64,000 bases of DNA, taken from assembly GCF_006345805.1 (NCBI RefSeq), contig NC_043012.1:42470001-42534000 (forward strand), given 5' to 3'. Position numbers and translations under genes: made by a program. Numbering within the stretch: the stretch's first letter is position 1; each line of letters opens with the position of its first letter. The notes under the pieces are model-generated. The model did not search any database, was not told the DNA's origin, and saw nothing but the letters and a program-made list of their open reading frames with translations. Shown piece by piece: positions 25,967 to 38,883 of this stretch. The stretch is from Octopus sinensis (taxonomy: Eukaryota).

Positions 25967-26517
25967 CGTAAATATAAGAGAGTTAACGTTAAATAGGTCA
26001 ACTCTAGTGCTAGAAATAGCTCCTCCGGTTTAATCGCCGACGATACCTCCACATAGAAATAACACTACCCTCAACGTAAGGAAAGTGAAATACAACTAAA
26101 AAGTGGATTAATGTTGTACAATTGTTTCTTTATCAATATAATATGCAAATTATACTCACATATATATCTATAAATCATCAGCAACATTTGTCATCGATGC
26201 AATTTATCAGACCTACACGGGCGACGATTACCCATGCGGTCTGATCGATTACATTCAGGGTTGTAGTTACAAATTCCCCGCCAAAAGCAAATGCTAAGAC
26301 TTAGTGGAAGCGAATACCGCATGTAATATTTACTGCAGCATATCAAATTCATAAATTCAAAACTGAGGGTGAAAAATTAGATATTAATTTAATAATACCC
26401 TTATTTTAACACCAAGCGACCTAGCACAATAAACCAGGGAGACAATACATATTTATCCGTAAATATAAGAGAGTTAACGTTAAATAGGTTAACTCTAGTG
26501 CTAGAAATAGCTCCTCC

Positions 26518-26520
<3 letters not shown>
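25967..26520 (-). mobile_element. Retrozyme-like non-coding element: 491-nt unit plus 63-nt terminal direct repeat, containing a hammerhead
   Basis: Direct repeats 25967-26029 and 26458-26520 (1 mismatch), (TA)n on both flanks, hammerhead at 26110-26188, and no ORF in the track inside the unit. Confidence 0.7.
26110..26188 (-). ncRNA. Type I hammerhead ribozyme
   Basis: AAUGUUG-CUGAUGA-UUUAU...AUAAA-GAAAC-AAUU-GUA-CAACAUU: 7-bp helix I, 5-bp helix II, palindromic helix III loop. Confidence 0.85.
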
Positions 26521-26556
<36 letters not shown>

Positions 26557-26562
26557 TATATA

Positions 26563-27919
26563 ACTTAGAATAACTTAGAAAGGTTTTAGCCAGTATTGGT
26601 CCAGGCTATGTCTAACTTAATAGCACCACCTGGTGAAGTTTTTCAATTCAGGATTTGGGCACCAAGGCCCATTCGAGCAGAGAGTTATTGTTTGCGGAGA
26701 CATATCCGGGTGTGGGTGGTTTGTCCAGGACTGTTTGAAGGAATTTGTCCAAAATCTTCTTGAATTTTGTGTAGTCAGTTTCTGTTTTGACGTGTCTTGG
26801 TGTAATGTTGAAGAGAGCGGGTCCAATTGAGGTGAAATAATTGTGCAGTAATGTTGTTATGAGATGCGATTGAGATTTTTGTTGTGGACGGATGGCACGG
26901 GGTCCAAGTCTTGGATGTATTTTGAAGGTGATACCAACATCATTTGGACAGTGCTGATGGAATATTTTCCACATCATACAGATGATGTAGCGTTCACGGC
27001 GTCGTTGGAGTGAATACAGTTTCAGCTTTTCCAGTCGATCCCAGTAGTCGAGGTCTGACATGCCATCTATCTTTTTCGTGATTGACCTTTGGGGAGCTTC
27101 AACTTTCATAATATTTTGTTTTGTGTAGGGAGACCACAGTGGACAGCAGTATTCAAGGTGGGGTCGGGCAAAAGTAGAGAAGAGAAGGATAATAGTGTGG
27201 GAATCTCTCGACTGGAAAGTTCTGAGAATCCAGGAACACATTCTGCGGGCCATGTCAACTTTGCTGCTTATATGTGTAGCCCAGCTTATGTTGTTGTCCA
27301 CAGTTACTCCCAGGTCTCTGATGTTGTTAGACGCCATGAGAGTTTCACCAGAAGGAAGGGAGTATGGGAGTTTCAGAGCGTCCTCCCTTCCAAAGTGGAT
27401 CAATTCGAATTTGTCTTCGTTTAGCAACATGTTGTTCTTTTCCGCCCATTGGACAACAGCCAGTAGGTCTGACTGAAGGTTTATTCGGTCATCCACGCCA
27501 TTGATGACCTTCTGGTGCTTGGAATCATCAGCGAAGATTCTGATGTTACTATATTTGATGATGTCAGTGATGTCATTAATGTAGATGATGAAGAGAAGTG
27601 GGCCCAACACAGTGCCTTGTGGGACACCACTACTGACTTTGGCTGGGCTGGATTTGACTCCTTCGTCTACAACATGTTGGGTTCTGTTAGACAGGAAGCA
27701 CTTGATCCACTGCAGTAGCTTTCCAGTGACACCAATACTGGACAGCTTTCTCAAAAGGATCTTATGATCAACCCTGTCAAAGGCCTTGCTGAAATCAAGG
27801 TAGATAACATCAGTGTTGGAACCCTCTCCCAAGGCTCTCAAAATGTCATAGAAGTGATACAGTAGCTGCGTCAGACAATCCCTTCCATTACGGAATCCAT
27901 GCTGGTTGGAGTTCAGCAT
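26563..27919 (-). mobile_element. 5'-truncated CR1-group LINE with uninterrupted RT and C-terminal ORF (423 aa)
   Basis: QHGFR, YLDFSKAFDRV, GVPQGTVLGPLLF, FADD, RPHLEYCCPLWSP. Short 3' UTR with a TTCTAAGTTA repeat tail. Confidence 0.92.
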
Positions 27920-28465
27920 ATATATAATCCTTTATCTTTCTGTCTGTTCCCAATATATTCTAAAATGGATCAACCACATCGAATCAAATTTTACATGGTA
28001 ATATTATGAGACCCCGTGAGTGTCAACATGTAATTCTGGGGGAATTAAAATAATCCAACATTGGCATTGGTTCCGTATTACGCCTGAAAACTCGGAGAAT
28101 AAAAATGAAAGAAAAACATCTGTATTGTAATGTGATATATTGTTTCCCTTCCATACTTTTAATTTTAATAACCACGACGACGATGTGAGTGTATGAGTGT
28201 GTAGATGTCTCACAGCCTGTGTGTCTTTCCACGTTAGGTACGTTATTAAATATATTGTTTCATTTTTATATTTTAAATTCTAACCACCACTACCACCACC
28301 ACGACAACCTTACATTTTGTATATGACTATGTATCTGTCTGTCTGTGACGGTATGAGTGTGTATGTTTCACAGTGTGTATCTTTCCGCGTTAGGCACGTT
28401 ATTAAACATACTATATGTATGTGGGGGTAGTATATAAGATATAATATATAACATATAATTGACAG

Positions 28466-28581
28466 TCTTCAACAGGATTGTGCAATTGTGAACAAGTTCT
28501 ATCGGCCCATGGATCTATCTATAGCCTCATAATCGACAAGCTGAATGGAAATCTTATTGCTGCGGTTCAAAACACAATCAA
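28466..28581 (+). CDS. WD40-repeat protein, internal exon C
   Basis: GACAG acceptor and GTATGT donor. Phase 0 start follows IRIW; encodes SSTGLCNCEQVLSAHGSIYSLIIDKLNGNLIAAVQNTI plus AA. Confidence 0.85.
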
Positions 28582-28659
28582 GTATGTATATTGTATTTTA
28601 ATTATCTCAAGTGTGTCTGTAAGAAATGAGCTGGTTTCTAACAAAGATTATTAAAATGT

Positions 28660-28975
28660 ATATAACATAAACAAAGTAACATATTGAACTTGAGGAAAGT
28701 CTTGTATATTTTTACTGTTCCGCTTAAAGATTGTATTTGCAACGTGCATGTTAGCTGGCTGATTTCTTTTTCTGAAAACTCCAGTTTACCCAGATTCTCT
28801 CTTAGGCATTTACTCAGAAAACCAAGTGTACCAATTATTAATGGTATAAATGTGAACTTATAATCTGGGAATAGAAGTTTGAGGTTTGGAATCAGTTGTT
28901 CGTAGTTATCCCCTTTCTCTTTAATTTTCGAAGAGATATTCACATAAGCAGGACAGTTCATATTTATGTTTGCAC
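28660..28975 (-). mobile_element. 3' fragment of a restriction-like-endonuclease non-LTR retrotransposon (R2/R4/NeSL group)
   Basis: CPAYVNISSKIKEKGDNY...FIPLIIGTLG...LQIQSLSGTVKIYKTFL resembles the RLE C-terminus. It abuts a (CATA)n tract. Confidence 0.65.
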
Positions 28976-30289
28976 TCAGCATGTATGTATGTATGTATGT
29001 ATGTATGTATGCATGCATGCATGTATGTATGTATGTATGTATGTATGTATGTATGTATGTATGTATGCATGCATGCATGTATGTATGTATGTATGTATGT
29101 ATGTATGTATGTATGTATGCATGCATGCATGCATGTATGTATGTATGTATGCATGCATGCATGTATGTATGTCAGGTCATACTTAGTGCTGCTGCTAACA
29201 CGTAACTCAGTACAAGATATCGCATGATCAAACCGTCAGCGTTTAAACCGGAAAACCTACCAGGCCTACTTAGTAGGAAGGGATATTTTCCTTGGACACT
29301 CGGGAGGACGAAAAAACCTGTCTTAGGACGGATGAACTCTAATAGAGTTCACGGCCATCCAACAGATGAGAGTGTGAGACCATTAGTTTTTATTTAGATA
29401 TCTCTCAAGGAAAAGGAAATTCCGAAACCCGCCTCATTGCTAAGTCGGGGATCTTGCCTTTGCTTGTTTCTGGACTGCTTGGTTTTCTAGGTGAGAGTCT
29501 TAGAGGTGTTCAGTTAGTTGTTATTGACTTTAAATTTCATCATGAGCACTGCTGACAGCCATTGTCTTTAACACTTAGGATAAGATTATTTATTAGTAAT
29601 GATTATACTTATGCTCCTCTACGAGTATGTATGTTCTCAAGTATGTATTTTTGTACACATGTATATATGTTTATATGTATGTAAGGCGAAGAACTAGAAG
29701 AATATTAGAGGCGCGCTATACGTTCCAATACCGACCAGATCGAATTTGCCTTTCACCCAAACAGGAAATTTTCGTCCGGACTTTCGCTATATATGAGAAT
29801 ATTGATAGAAGCTTGTAACAATATCTTTAATATGACTTCACCTATTTTAATATTCCGCCAAAAATAGGTAACTTTTCTACGAATATAGGTTCAGTTAACT
29901 AAAAGTGTTTTGATATTATTACGGGACAGGAACATATTGAATTCAAGAATGATAATTCTTTACAATCGTTTGCACAAGCCGAGATATTAGCTAAGTAGTT
30001 ATCAGCAAAAGAAATCCGTCGTAAATAATTTTCAACGTTTATTTTCTGAATACTATCATATTATTGGTTTCATTTTCATTTATGTTTTCTTGTTCTTTAC
30101 TTATCCTTCTTTTCTTTGTTGCAATCTTGAGTATTTCACGGATGGAGAGCAATTTCCGACAGTGTTTTGACTGTTGGCATTATTTTTCTATTACTATTCA
30201 CTCTATTAAGTTTAAGGCCAATAGTTTGAGCATTCTCTGCCAGTATGTGTGTCTTGGTCAAGCTACATTCATAGGTGGATGGTAGCATG

Positions 30290-30620
30290 ACCATGTCTAT
30301 CGAAATGACACGATTAAGACGATAACGGGCATCAACAGCATCACTTACGAAACAGGACGCAGATGCTGGAATTGGATCGGACACGTTCTCAGAAAAGATC
30401 GAGAAAGCAATTCTATGGTGACACTAATGTAACAGCAGCTGAGGGTGGGAGTGGGGAGTGAAGAGCAGCAGAACACTATAAAGCACATGGCAAAGGATCA
30501 TTGACAAGGAAAGGAGACAAAAAGTGGGAGAGAAGTTGGTATGAGACGAGAACAGTAGCTGAAAATACAGCCAGTTGGAGATCTCGTGTTACAGCTTTAT
30601 GTGTTTCATGACACGGAAAG
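30290..30620 (+). mobile_element. Degenerate RTE-clade LINE 3' fragment
   Basis: RRCWNWIGHVLRKD and WRSRVTALC-like blocks typical of RTE ORF ends. Confidence 0.6.
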
Positions 30621-30829
30621 AACCAGCTAACATTTGAAACAAAAATTTGAATGCAAATGGCTTATATAAACACACGCACACGCGCGTGCACACACACACA
30701 CATATATATATGCACACACGCACACACACCACACACATGCATATGAGGCATATAACACTATTGTACAAAATCTTTCTATGTTCACTAGAAATCCAAAAAT
30801 GAACAACATTCTGAAAACACAAACTCATC

Positions 30830-32100
30830 AAAAGCAAAATTCAACACCAATCGCTAAAGAGACTTCTAACAAATGCGAAGCTTTGCACAAAAACCACGAA
30901 GCCAACGGTTAAAAAATATGGACGCCCAAACTGTGGAACATGCCCCAAACTGTGGAAGCCTCAGAATTCATTTTCAAACAAGGAGAAAGATTCACGATTA
31001 AAACCAACTTCACTTGCGCCACTGGGAATCTAATTTATGTTATAACTTCCTCAGGTTGTGGACATAACTATATAGGACAGACAAGTATGACACTGAAACA
31101 GAGAACCACACTACATAAAGAACAGATCCGATTCCCGCAATACAGACAAATTCCTTTGAGGGAACACATAGAGCGATTTGCCGGTAATATTCAACCAAAC
31201 ATCACAATTTTCCCCATCTACCAGTGCAAAGAAACAATTTATATACAAGAACGTCTAAATAAAGAAAATTTATTGATTGAAAAATACAGAACGCGTGTAA
31301 ATATGTACCCATAGCCAACTTTCATTTCATTGTATATTTTAATTCATGATTACATGCCCATCACTGTACATATTTCTCCTCAGTACTTTAGCTTTTGAAT
31401 TATTCTGTATATTTTTCCTTCTCTAAAAGATTAACAATTACCTCCCCTGTCCCCAATGGTAAAGATCACCAATTACCTCTCCTTAGATTTTCCTACTTGT
31501 TGAATCATTCAGTTATAAACTTCTCCCCACACAACATGAACTAAAATCTTAAGAAAATACAAAAGTACAATAATATCAATGTCATGATTAGCGAAAGCGA
31601 AACCGGTCGACTAACACAATATCAAATACATTAAAACTATGTAAAGTGTGTGCATTGTTCTTCGGCTTAACAGCCCTTCTTGTTTGTGTTACTGTTATTC
31701 TCCTTGTCCTGTCTTTTACTGTTTATATTTTGTACAGTCGTTACTGTCCTGTTTTTGTTACCATTTTTACCCCTCCGCAAAAAATCTCAAATTTTATTTA
31801 ATTTGATTTTCGCGGGAAGGATTGCTTCATTAAAGTCATGTATCGCCTTGACCTTCGAAACGTGGAGTAGATGAAACAAAGGCGACTGAAGAAGGGGAAT
31901 TTTCCTTGTTTTGTATGTCCTGTACTCTATTTTTTCGTTGTTTAAGAAAAATGTTCATTTCCTTGGTTTTGTGTTTATGTTTTCGTTTCTCATTGTGTTC
32001 GACGTTTTTTTTTGGTGTCCTGTACCCATATATGCATGTATATATACATGTAGAGGTAGGTACGTACATATATGTATGTATATATGCATATGTTTTTTTT
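30830..32100 (+). mobile_element. Penelope-like element 3' part: Cys linker, GIY-YIG endonuclease (to 31314), terminal repeat
   Basis: LKRLLTNAK...GRPNCGTCP, then FTCATGNLIYVITSSGCGHNYIGQT...KENLLIEKY. Confidence 0.85.
31581..31611 (+). ncRNA. Hammerhead-like motif with A3:U8 in place of C3:G8
   Basis: GUC-AUGAUUA-GC-GAAA-GC-GAAAC-CG-GUC-GAC. Helix I is only 3 bp. Confidence 0.55.
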
Positions 32101-32156
32101 ATTTATTAATTTATATATATATATTGAGAGTGTAATATATTATTTATTGCTTGCAG

Positions 32157-32250
32157 AGTGTTTGATATTGAAAGTTACTGCGTTGTCCAGGTGAATGTAG
32201 GCCACAATGATATGATAAAAGACATCATCCATGTACCCAGCAGAAACCAG
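32157..32250 (+). CDS. WD40-repeat protein, internal exon D
   Basis: TTGCAG acceptor and GTAAAA donor. The first A completes Lys; encodes VFDIESYCVVQVNVGHNDMIKDIIHVPSRNQ. Confidence 0.9.
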
Positions 32251-32290
32251 GTAAAATTATGAGTGTGTGTGTATATGTGTATATATATAT

Positions 32291-32561
32291 ATTACATTAT
32301 ATAATTAGGGCTTAGTAAAATAAATACTTTGCCACATACTGAACTTAGTAGAAATAGCAGCCAAAAAAATTGTTTTAGCCATTTCTACTACTTAAAAGAA
32401 AATTTCTCTCAGATAATGTTTACATTAATGTAAACATTATCTGAGAGAAATTTTCTTTTAAGTAGTAGAAATGGCTAAAAAAATTTTTGGGCTGCTATTT
32501 CTACTAAGTTCAGTATGTGGCAAAGTAATTATTTTACTAAGCCCTAATTATATAATGTAAT
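32291..32561. mobile_element. Foldback MITE, near-perfect ~270-bp palindrome
   Basis: Symmetry centre CATT|AATG at 32426/32427 with few mismatches and a 1-nt indel. A terminal remnant of the same family lies at ~5608-5650. Confidence 0.85.
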
Positions 32562-32645
32562 ATTTTGAATTCGCCTTAAATGGTCCTTTACATACTGAAC
32601 ACTTGGTGAAATTGATTAATTAATTAATTTTACCCTCAATTGTTG

Positions 32646-32734
<89 letters not shown>

Positions 32735-33789
32735 CGAAAAAAGGAGGAACTCAGAAATAGCGCTTTCGTTCGTTTACAAAACGAAAATTAAAACCAAAAT
32801 GATAAAAACAGACCGTTTCTTCGTCTTTTTACGTGAATCGGGTAATTTTTTGCTTTGTTTAGTAGAGGAAAAAATTTCTTTGTTGTTTGAAGAGGGGAAA
32901 AAGGTGGAAATCAAGAAAGCATAACAAAGAGGGGGTAAGATAGACAGAGAGAGAAAGAGGGTTACTTTTCAATTATATTGTTTGTTTAGAAGGGGAAAAA
33001 ATTTTCTTTTTTTTCTGAAGAAAAGAGAGGAAGAAAAGTAAGGAGCAGCGATATCGAGAAAGAGGAAGAAAAGCAAAGAGTGGGGAAAGTATAGACAGAG
33101 GCAAGTTTCTTATTAATTTGTGATCAACCCATTCAAATTTCATTACAAGGCATCTTTTTTCCTCCTCTTTCCTTTCTCATTGTACACCTATCAACATATT
33201 TGTAAAAATACACATTTTCTCATAGTAGATGGTAGTGGCTAAATGACCTTTGAAGGTGTCAGTTTTAGGAAGTAAGATGGAAAAGATAAGAAAATAGAGG
33301 AAGAAGAAAAATAATTTTTTTACTCCTAAGTGGGGGCAGTCACACTATAAAGTGAGACAATAAAAGGTGTTCAAAGACCAATGAAAATGTACATTCGTTC
33401 ACACTTGTAGAGTCAAATCTCATATTTTGTGTATTTCCATGTTTTGCACAAACAGACACTAAATGTTAGTACAACATTGATAAATTAGGAAAATAAAGGC
33501 AGAATATAAAAAATAATTTGAGTACGGTACTGTTTATAATTCAATTTATTCTCTATAAAACATCATGAATGAGTTGTGTTATAAAATGTACATTGTATAA
33601 TTAGGTAGAAACTACTCTAAGATATAAATTATATAACAAAGCAGGACCTGCTTAAATATATTTTTGTGTATCTTTCAACATTTTGTAGAATTTATTTTCC
33701 TTGCTTGTTTAAATAAGATGATTCAAAAGAGACATTTTTACATGAATTACTTTGCCAAGTAGCTACCTTAGACTTCCGTACTAATCTTC

Positions 33790-34614
33790 TTTCAAACACT
33801 TAATTTTGGGGAGTATTTTTTGATGAAAAGTAGTTCCATTGCCTTTCCAAACTTTGGGTTATCTCTTGAACATTTGTAGAAGGGGAAAGTTTTAAATTTT
33901 TTTCACCGCATTTTTCTAGATACTTGCTCAGTGAAATCTTACGTAGTTCCTCTTGTCGGATTCGCTGTCTGTTCTTGCACGTTGGCAAAGGGAGTTATTT
34001 GTTTCGCCAATATAATTTTCCTTGCAGCTGGGGCAAGTGATACAGTATATAAGATTCTGTGTCTTGCAGTACATATCTGCATTTACTTTCAACTAGAATC
34101 TACTCTTGGATTCTATGTGAGAATCACTTTCTAAATATTTGAAGCTGTTGTTGTTGTTGTTTTGTAGTTGTTGTTGCATACGGAGAATTCTAATTCATTC
34201 TCTGATGTGAATTTTGCCCTTGTGAGGTGTCTTTTAAGATTTTTTAGGTGGCGTTTATTGTTTCGTAAGAGGTTTTCATCAATCAGATTTTTCATTTTAG
34301 GGCTTTGTAGAAGTATTGGTAGGTTTGATTTTGTGGTGTGAAAAATGTTGGTTACTCCAGGATTGTGCATATTGATAAATGGAATCGTGTGTTCTTCAAT
34401 TTTTTGCTTTGGTGTCCTTAGTCGTGTGATGTTCAACTTCATCACCTTTTTGATTCCATCATTTATTAATTCTAAGGAGTAATTCTGTTTTCTTAGGAAG
34501 CCTTTGAGTTCATTAAGTCGGATTTGACGTATTTTGAGGTCAGTTACTAAAGAACAGTAACTTCTTGCCATACTGCATGGGATGTTCCTTTTGATGTGTG
34601 AGGGATTGCAAGAG

Positions 34615-34615
<1 letters not shown>
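33790..34615 (-). mobile_element. Degenerate Penelope-like element (post-RT helical domain and GIY-YIG)
   Basis: SCNPSHIKRNIPCSMAR...RLNELKGFLRKQNY...LKRHLTRAKF, then NLIYCITCPSCKENYIGET...FPFYKC with frameshifts. Confidence 0.8.
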
Positions 34616-34682
<67 letters not shown>

Positions 34683-34772
34683 ATTCATTGTTGTTTGTTT
34701 TGCTTTCAATAAGTGATATTGTTGACCGCAATATAGAAGACTTACATTTCTTTTATCTTTCTTTGTGCACAG

Positions 34773-34874
34773 TACGTTTCATGTTCCTGGGACCAGACTG
34801 TTCGAGTATGGAAAGCATGGATGAAAAAAGCTCCTAGAACTTTAAACAGAACATTTCAAAATTCAACGATTTAA
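34773..34874 (+). CDS. WD40-repeat protein, exon E (terminal as assembled)
   Basis: TTTGTGCACAG acceptor. Encodes YVSCSWDQTVRVWKAWMKKAPRTLNRTFQNSTI-stop, completing the WD40 repeat begun in exon D. Confidence 0.85.
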   Translation, partial: YVSCSWDQTVRVWKAWMKKAPRTLNRTFQNSTI

Positions 34875-35339
34875 CAGAAAAGCGCAGAAGATAATGGAAC
34901 CTCAAGAAAATCCTAGCGAGAGCAGTGTGCTAGTATGTGTGTGCGTGTATGAGTGTGTCTGCATATGTCAGTGTGTGTGAGTGTGTATGTGTGTATGTGT
35001 ATCTGTATGTGTGTGTGCATGCGTCAGTGTGTGTGCATGTGTCAGCGTGTGTGCGTGTTTGTGTGTGTGTGAGAGAGAGAGAGAGTATGTACGTATGCGT
35101 GTGCTTCATGATTCTGAATATTCTATTGTTAATTCAGCTGTTAAGGTGCAATGCTAGCAGAACCATTTCAGCTTTGGACAAAATGCCTTGCGTTATTTGT
35201 TCTGGCTCTTTTCGTTCTCAGTTCAAATCCCACCGAGGCCAGATTTTCCTTTTATTCCCTCGAGGAGGTTGAAATAAATAAAGTATCAGTTATGTACTGG
35301 GTCTGAACAACCAATTAACCAGTTAACCCCTTCCCAATT

Positions 35340-36060
35340 ATTACAGAAAGATGATGACTTGGCAGAATTGTTAGAACGTCGACAAAATTACTTGAGCGTA
35401 TTTTATTTCTAGCTTATTACGTTCTAAGTTCAAATTCGATTGAAGTCAACTTTACTTTTCATCTCTTTGGAGGTTCGATAAAATAAAGAACCTGTCAAGC
35501 ACTGTGATCGATTTCCGGTTCTTTATATTCTGAGTTCAAATCACACGAGCTCAACTTTGCTATTAATCCTTTCTGGTTCATGAGTTATATGTATTTGATG
35601 TTCCCTTCCCCTTGAAAACAGCTGGTCTTGAGCCTAAATTAGAGGAGTTAATTATTTCAGCTACCAACACAACGAAATAGAATCGTTAGACTGTAGAACA
35701 AAATGCTTAGTGACATTTCCTCTGTGTATATGCTCTGAATTGAAATTCCGCAGAGGTCGACATTTTCTTTTATCCTTTCAGAGTGGACAGTATACGTAGC
35801 TGTTGAGTACTGAGGTTGATGTAATCGACTTACCCCTCCTCCAGCTAAAATTACAGCCCTTGTGCCAAAAGTTGAAACCGTTATTTTAGCTTCCAACGGT
35901 AGAATCATAAGGGCATCGGACAAAATACTTAGCGGTATTTCTTCCGGCTCTTTAAATTCATCTTCTATCTTTTCAAAACCAATAAAAATAAATTTCTAAA
36001 CAAGCTTTGGGTCCGATATAATCGTCTTATCTCCTCTTAAATTAACGAACCTTGTGTCTA
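35340..36060 (+). mobile_element. Cluster of degenerate tRNA-derived SINE fragments
   Basis: Repeated TGGCAGAAT...ACAAAATGCTTAG...TTCAAAT...GAGGTCGAC...GATAAAATAAA blocks. Related pieces at ~37700 and 53500-53640. Confidence 0.6.
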
Positions 36061-36639
36061 ATCGAGAAATTATTTTTAATTCAGATGCTTTTTTTTTATA
36101 TTCCTTGCAAACGATTTTTAAAACTTTACACATTCTTTATCATATGTTCTCTATAAACTAACTAATTCGGCAACAACCACCTTTTATTACTTAAAAATTA
36201 TCATTGAAGATTTATTCGTGTAAAGTCATTTTTTAGCATGTTCAAGTACACGCGGGTATGTGAAGCGTTTTCGCTGGGGAACTAAGTCTCAAGAGAAAAG
36301 TTTCCTCTTTGGCGACATGTATGAAAATACATTGGTCTGTGAATGACATCATTGGATCGTAGAACGCATGCGTTGCTGTGTTCTTTCATGTCCGAATGTA
36401 CTAGAACGTGTAAAATATCTACACGAATATATTGGATTCAATGCTGCTTCGTGCGACTTTATTTAAAGACTATTACTTAAGATATTTCCATTGTATTTCA
36501 TGTAACAAAATGTTAATACCACTGTTGTTTAGCTCTAGATAAGTCCTGAACCAGCAGACCTATAATTAAATACATGATCACCATGTCAATTTGGGGTTTA
36601 TTTTTGAATAAAGAATATCATAGATAAAATTATGCAATC

Positions 36640-36800
36640 TCGGCGTAAGCATGGTTGTGTAGTTAAGAGTTCGCTTCGGAACCACGAAGTTTCGCGTTCA
36701 GTCCCACTACGCCGTACGTTTGACCAGTGTCTTCTATGTCACCTCAGATCGCCCAATGCTTTGAGTAAATTTGGTAGTCAGAAACTGTGTGGAAGCCGGT
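36640..36800 (+). mobile_element. 5' half of the SINE family at 4718-5130
   Basis: TGGTTGTGTAGTTAAG A box, GTTCAGTCCC B box, and a CAGTGTCTTCT...CAGAAACTG body. Confidence 0.65.
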
Positions 36801-36811
36801 TATATATATAT

Positions 36812-36885
<74 letters not shown>

Positions 36886-37970
36886 TACGTACATCTCAGA
36901 TAAAGGAGATTGAAACCTGAACATTATCCTCAGTAAGCACTTCCGCTAAAAGCAGCTATCAAAGTATATCTCTGCAGATGGTTTATCTCAAGTGTAATAA
37001 ATTGTCCCGTAATTTTCCAGATTCATATTCTTAAGAATATTATTTCTCTTGCACGCATTTTTCCATGTAATACATGTATTTTTCTAGGCTATGCTATTAT
37101 GCTAATTAATAATGTGTTGAATGTGTCAATTAGTGGTGTCACTGGTAATTTTTTCCTTACCTCAATGACGCCGGTGACATATATTAAAAGTCCCCTTTAA
37201 AATAAAAAAGTTAATTATACTTAAATCCAATTTTTTGCCTTATATTGTTTCATGATTTTTTGCATCACAACTTTTTTGATACAATTTTTTATTGCATGGG
37301 ACCAAAACTATGAAATTCTTCATGCTTTCTTCTATCATTGAAGCTAAGATAAATATATCTTGCTTTAAAAATAAGTTATTTAGATCTAAACTTGATTGGT
37401 GACGTTACTTACTCTCCTAAAATGTTGCTACAAATTTTGATATAAACTTTTTTCTACTGGATCCAATCACAATTTTTTATGCCAAGATGTGGCTAGGGAC
37501 CAGTTCTCTTCAAAAATGTTAACAGATTTCAATTTGATTAAGAACTGAATTAGCGACAAGATCTCAAAGATGCTGCATGTGAGTAAATTGCGGCGTTAAG
37601 AATATTATTCAACTACTACCGTAGTTGAATGATAAGATATAGAATACAGAGTAGAGCAAAAGTATCTTTGCATTTCAATAACATAAATAACATTTTAAGG
37701 CGGTGAGTTGGCAGAATCATTATAACGCCGGACAGAATTCATATTAAATCATCGACTAAATACATTAGAACCGACCTACAGTCAGTATATAAATGAACCG
37801 CATGAAATATATGTGGTCGGAAATCGTTTGATAAGGCTGGAAAGAGGTGAAAAGCGATGAAATCGAAGAGTTAAGGAGTTCGTTTATTTTTCACAGTGAA
37901 TATGCACCGAAATATGGATGCTGAAATCACAACGAGAACAAAGACATGATGGAATGGAAGGCGTTTATCT

Positions 37971-38009
<39 letters not shown>

Positions 38010-38109
38010 TACATATACACACACACAAACACACACATATATATGTATATATATATATATATATTTACAAACATATATATGTATATATATATATATGTAT
38101 TTACATATA

Positions 38110-38145
<36 letters not shown>

Positions 38146-38151
<6 letters not shown>

Positions 38152-38470
38152 CAAGACCAACTTCTGTTTCTCCGAGAACCTTATCTACGTTCTCACATGC
38201 GCCGGTTGCCAACATAAATATGCTGGACAAACGAGCCTCCCTTTACGTAAAAGAGTAGCGGTCCATAAAGAACAAATAAATCACCCAGAATACCGTCAGA
38301 TTCCACTAAGTAGCCACATAGACTCATGCGCTAAAGACAAAAATCCCAAATTTTACATATTCCCCTTCTACCAATGTAAAGACGGAATCACCACACAAGA
38401 AAGAATTAACAAGGAGAATCTTTTTATTGAAAAATTCAAAGCGCATCTTAATATGCAATCTCCACGTTAA
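38146..38470 (+). mobile_element. Penelope-like GIY-YIG endonuclease fragment
   Basis: [19 protein letters not shown]...HKEQI...YRQIPLSSHI...KENLFIEKF. Same lineage as 30940-31314. Confidence 0.85.
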
Positions 38471-38589
38471 TCATACTTCTTTTTTGTACCTCATTCTTCA
38501 TGGATGGACTAATACAAACATATAAGTCATCACTTCAAGCTAAAACATATATTCTTTACTTATTATTATTTTTATTATCATTATTTTTA

Positions 38590-38678
<89 letters not shown>

Positions 38679-38836
38679 GACATAACAATCTGAAATGAAA
38701 TTATAAATTGGTTTATGTAAATTTATATAATTAGAAAACAATATAAATAAAGTGTTAAAATCTGAATGTTAAGTTAGCAAACAATTATATAAAAAAAAGA
38801 TAATGCAAATGAAGCTAAAATGATAATTTTATAATT

Positions 38837-38883
<47 letters not shown>

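Noticed and set aside
29230-29380. Hairpin-rich segment possibly from a LINE 5' end with an HDV-like ribozyme
   Set aside because: I could not build the nested double pseudoknot by eye, so it is left uncalled.
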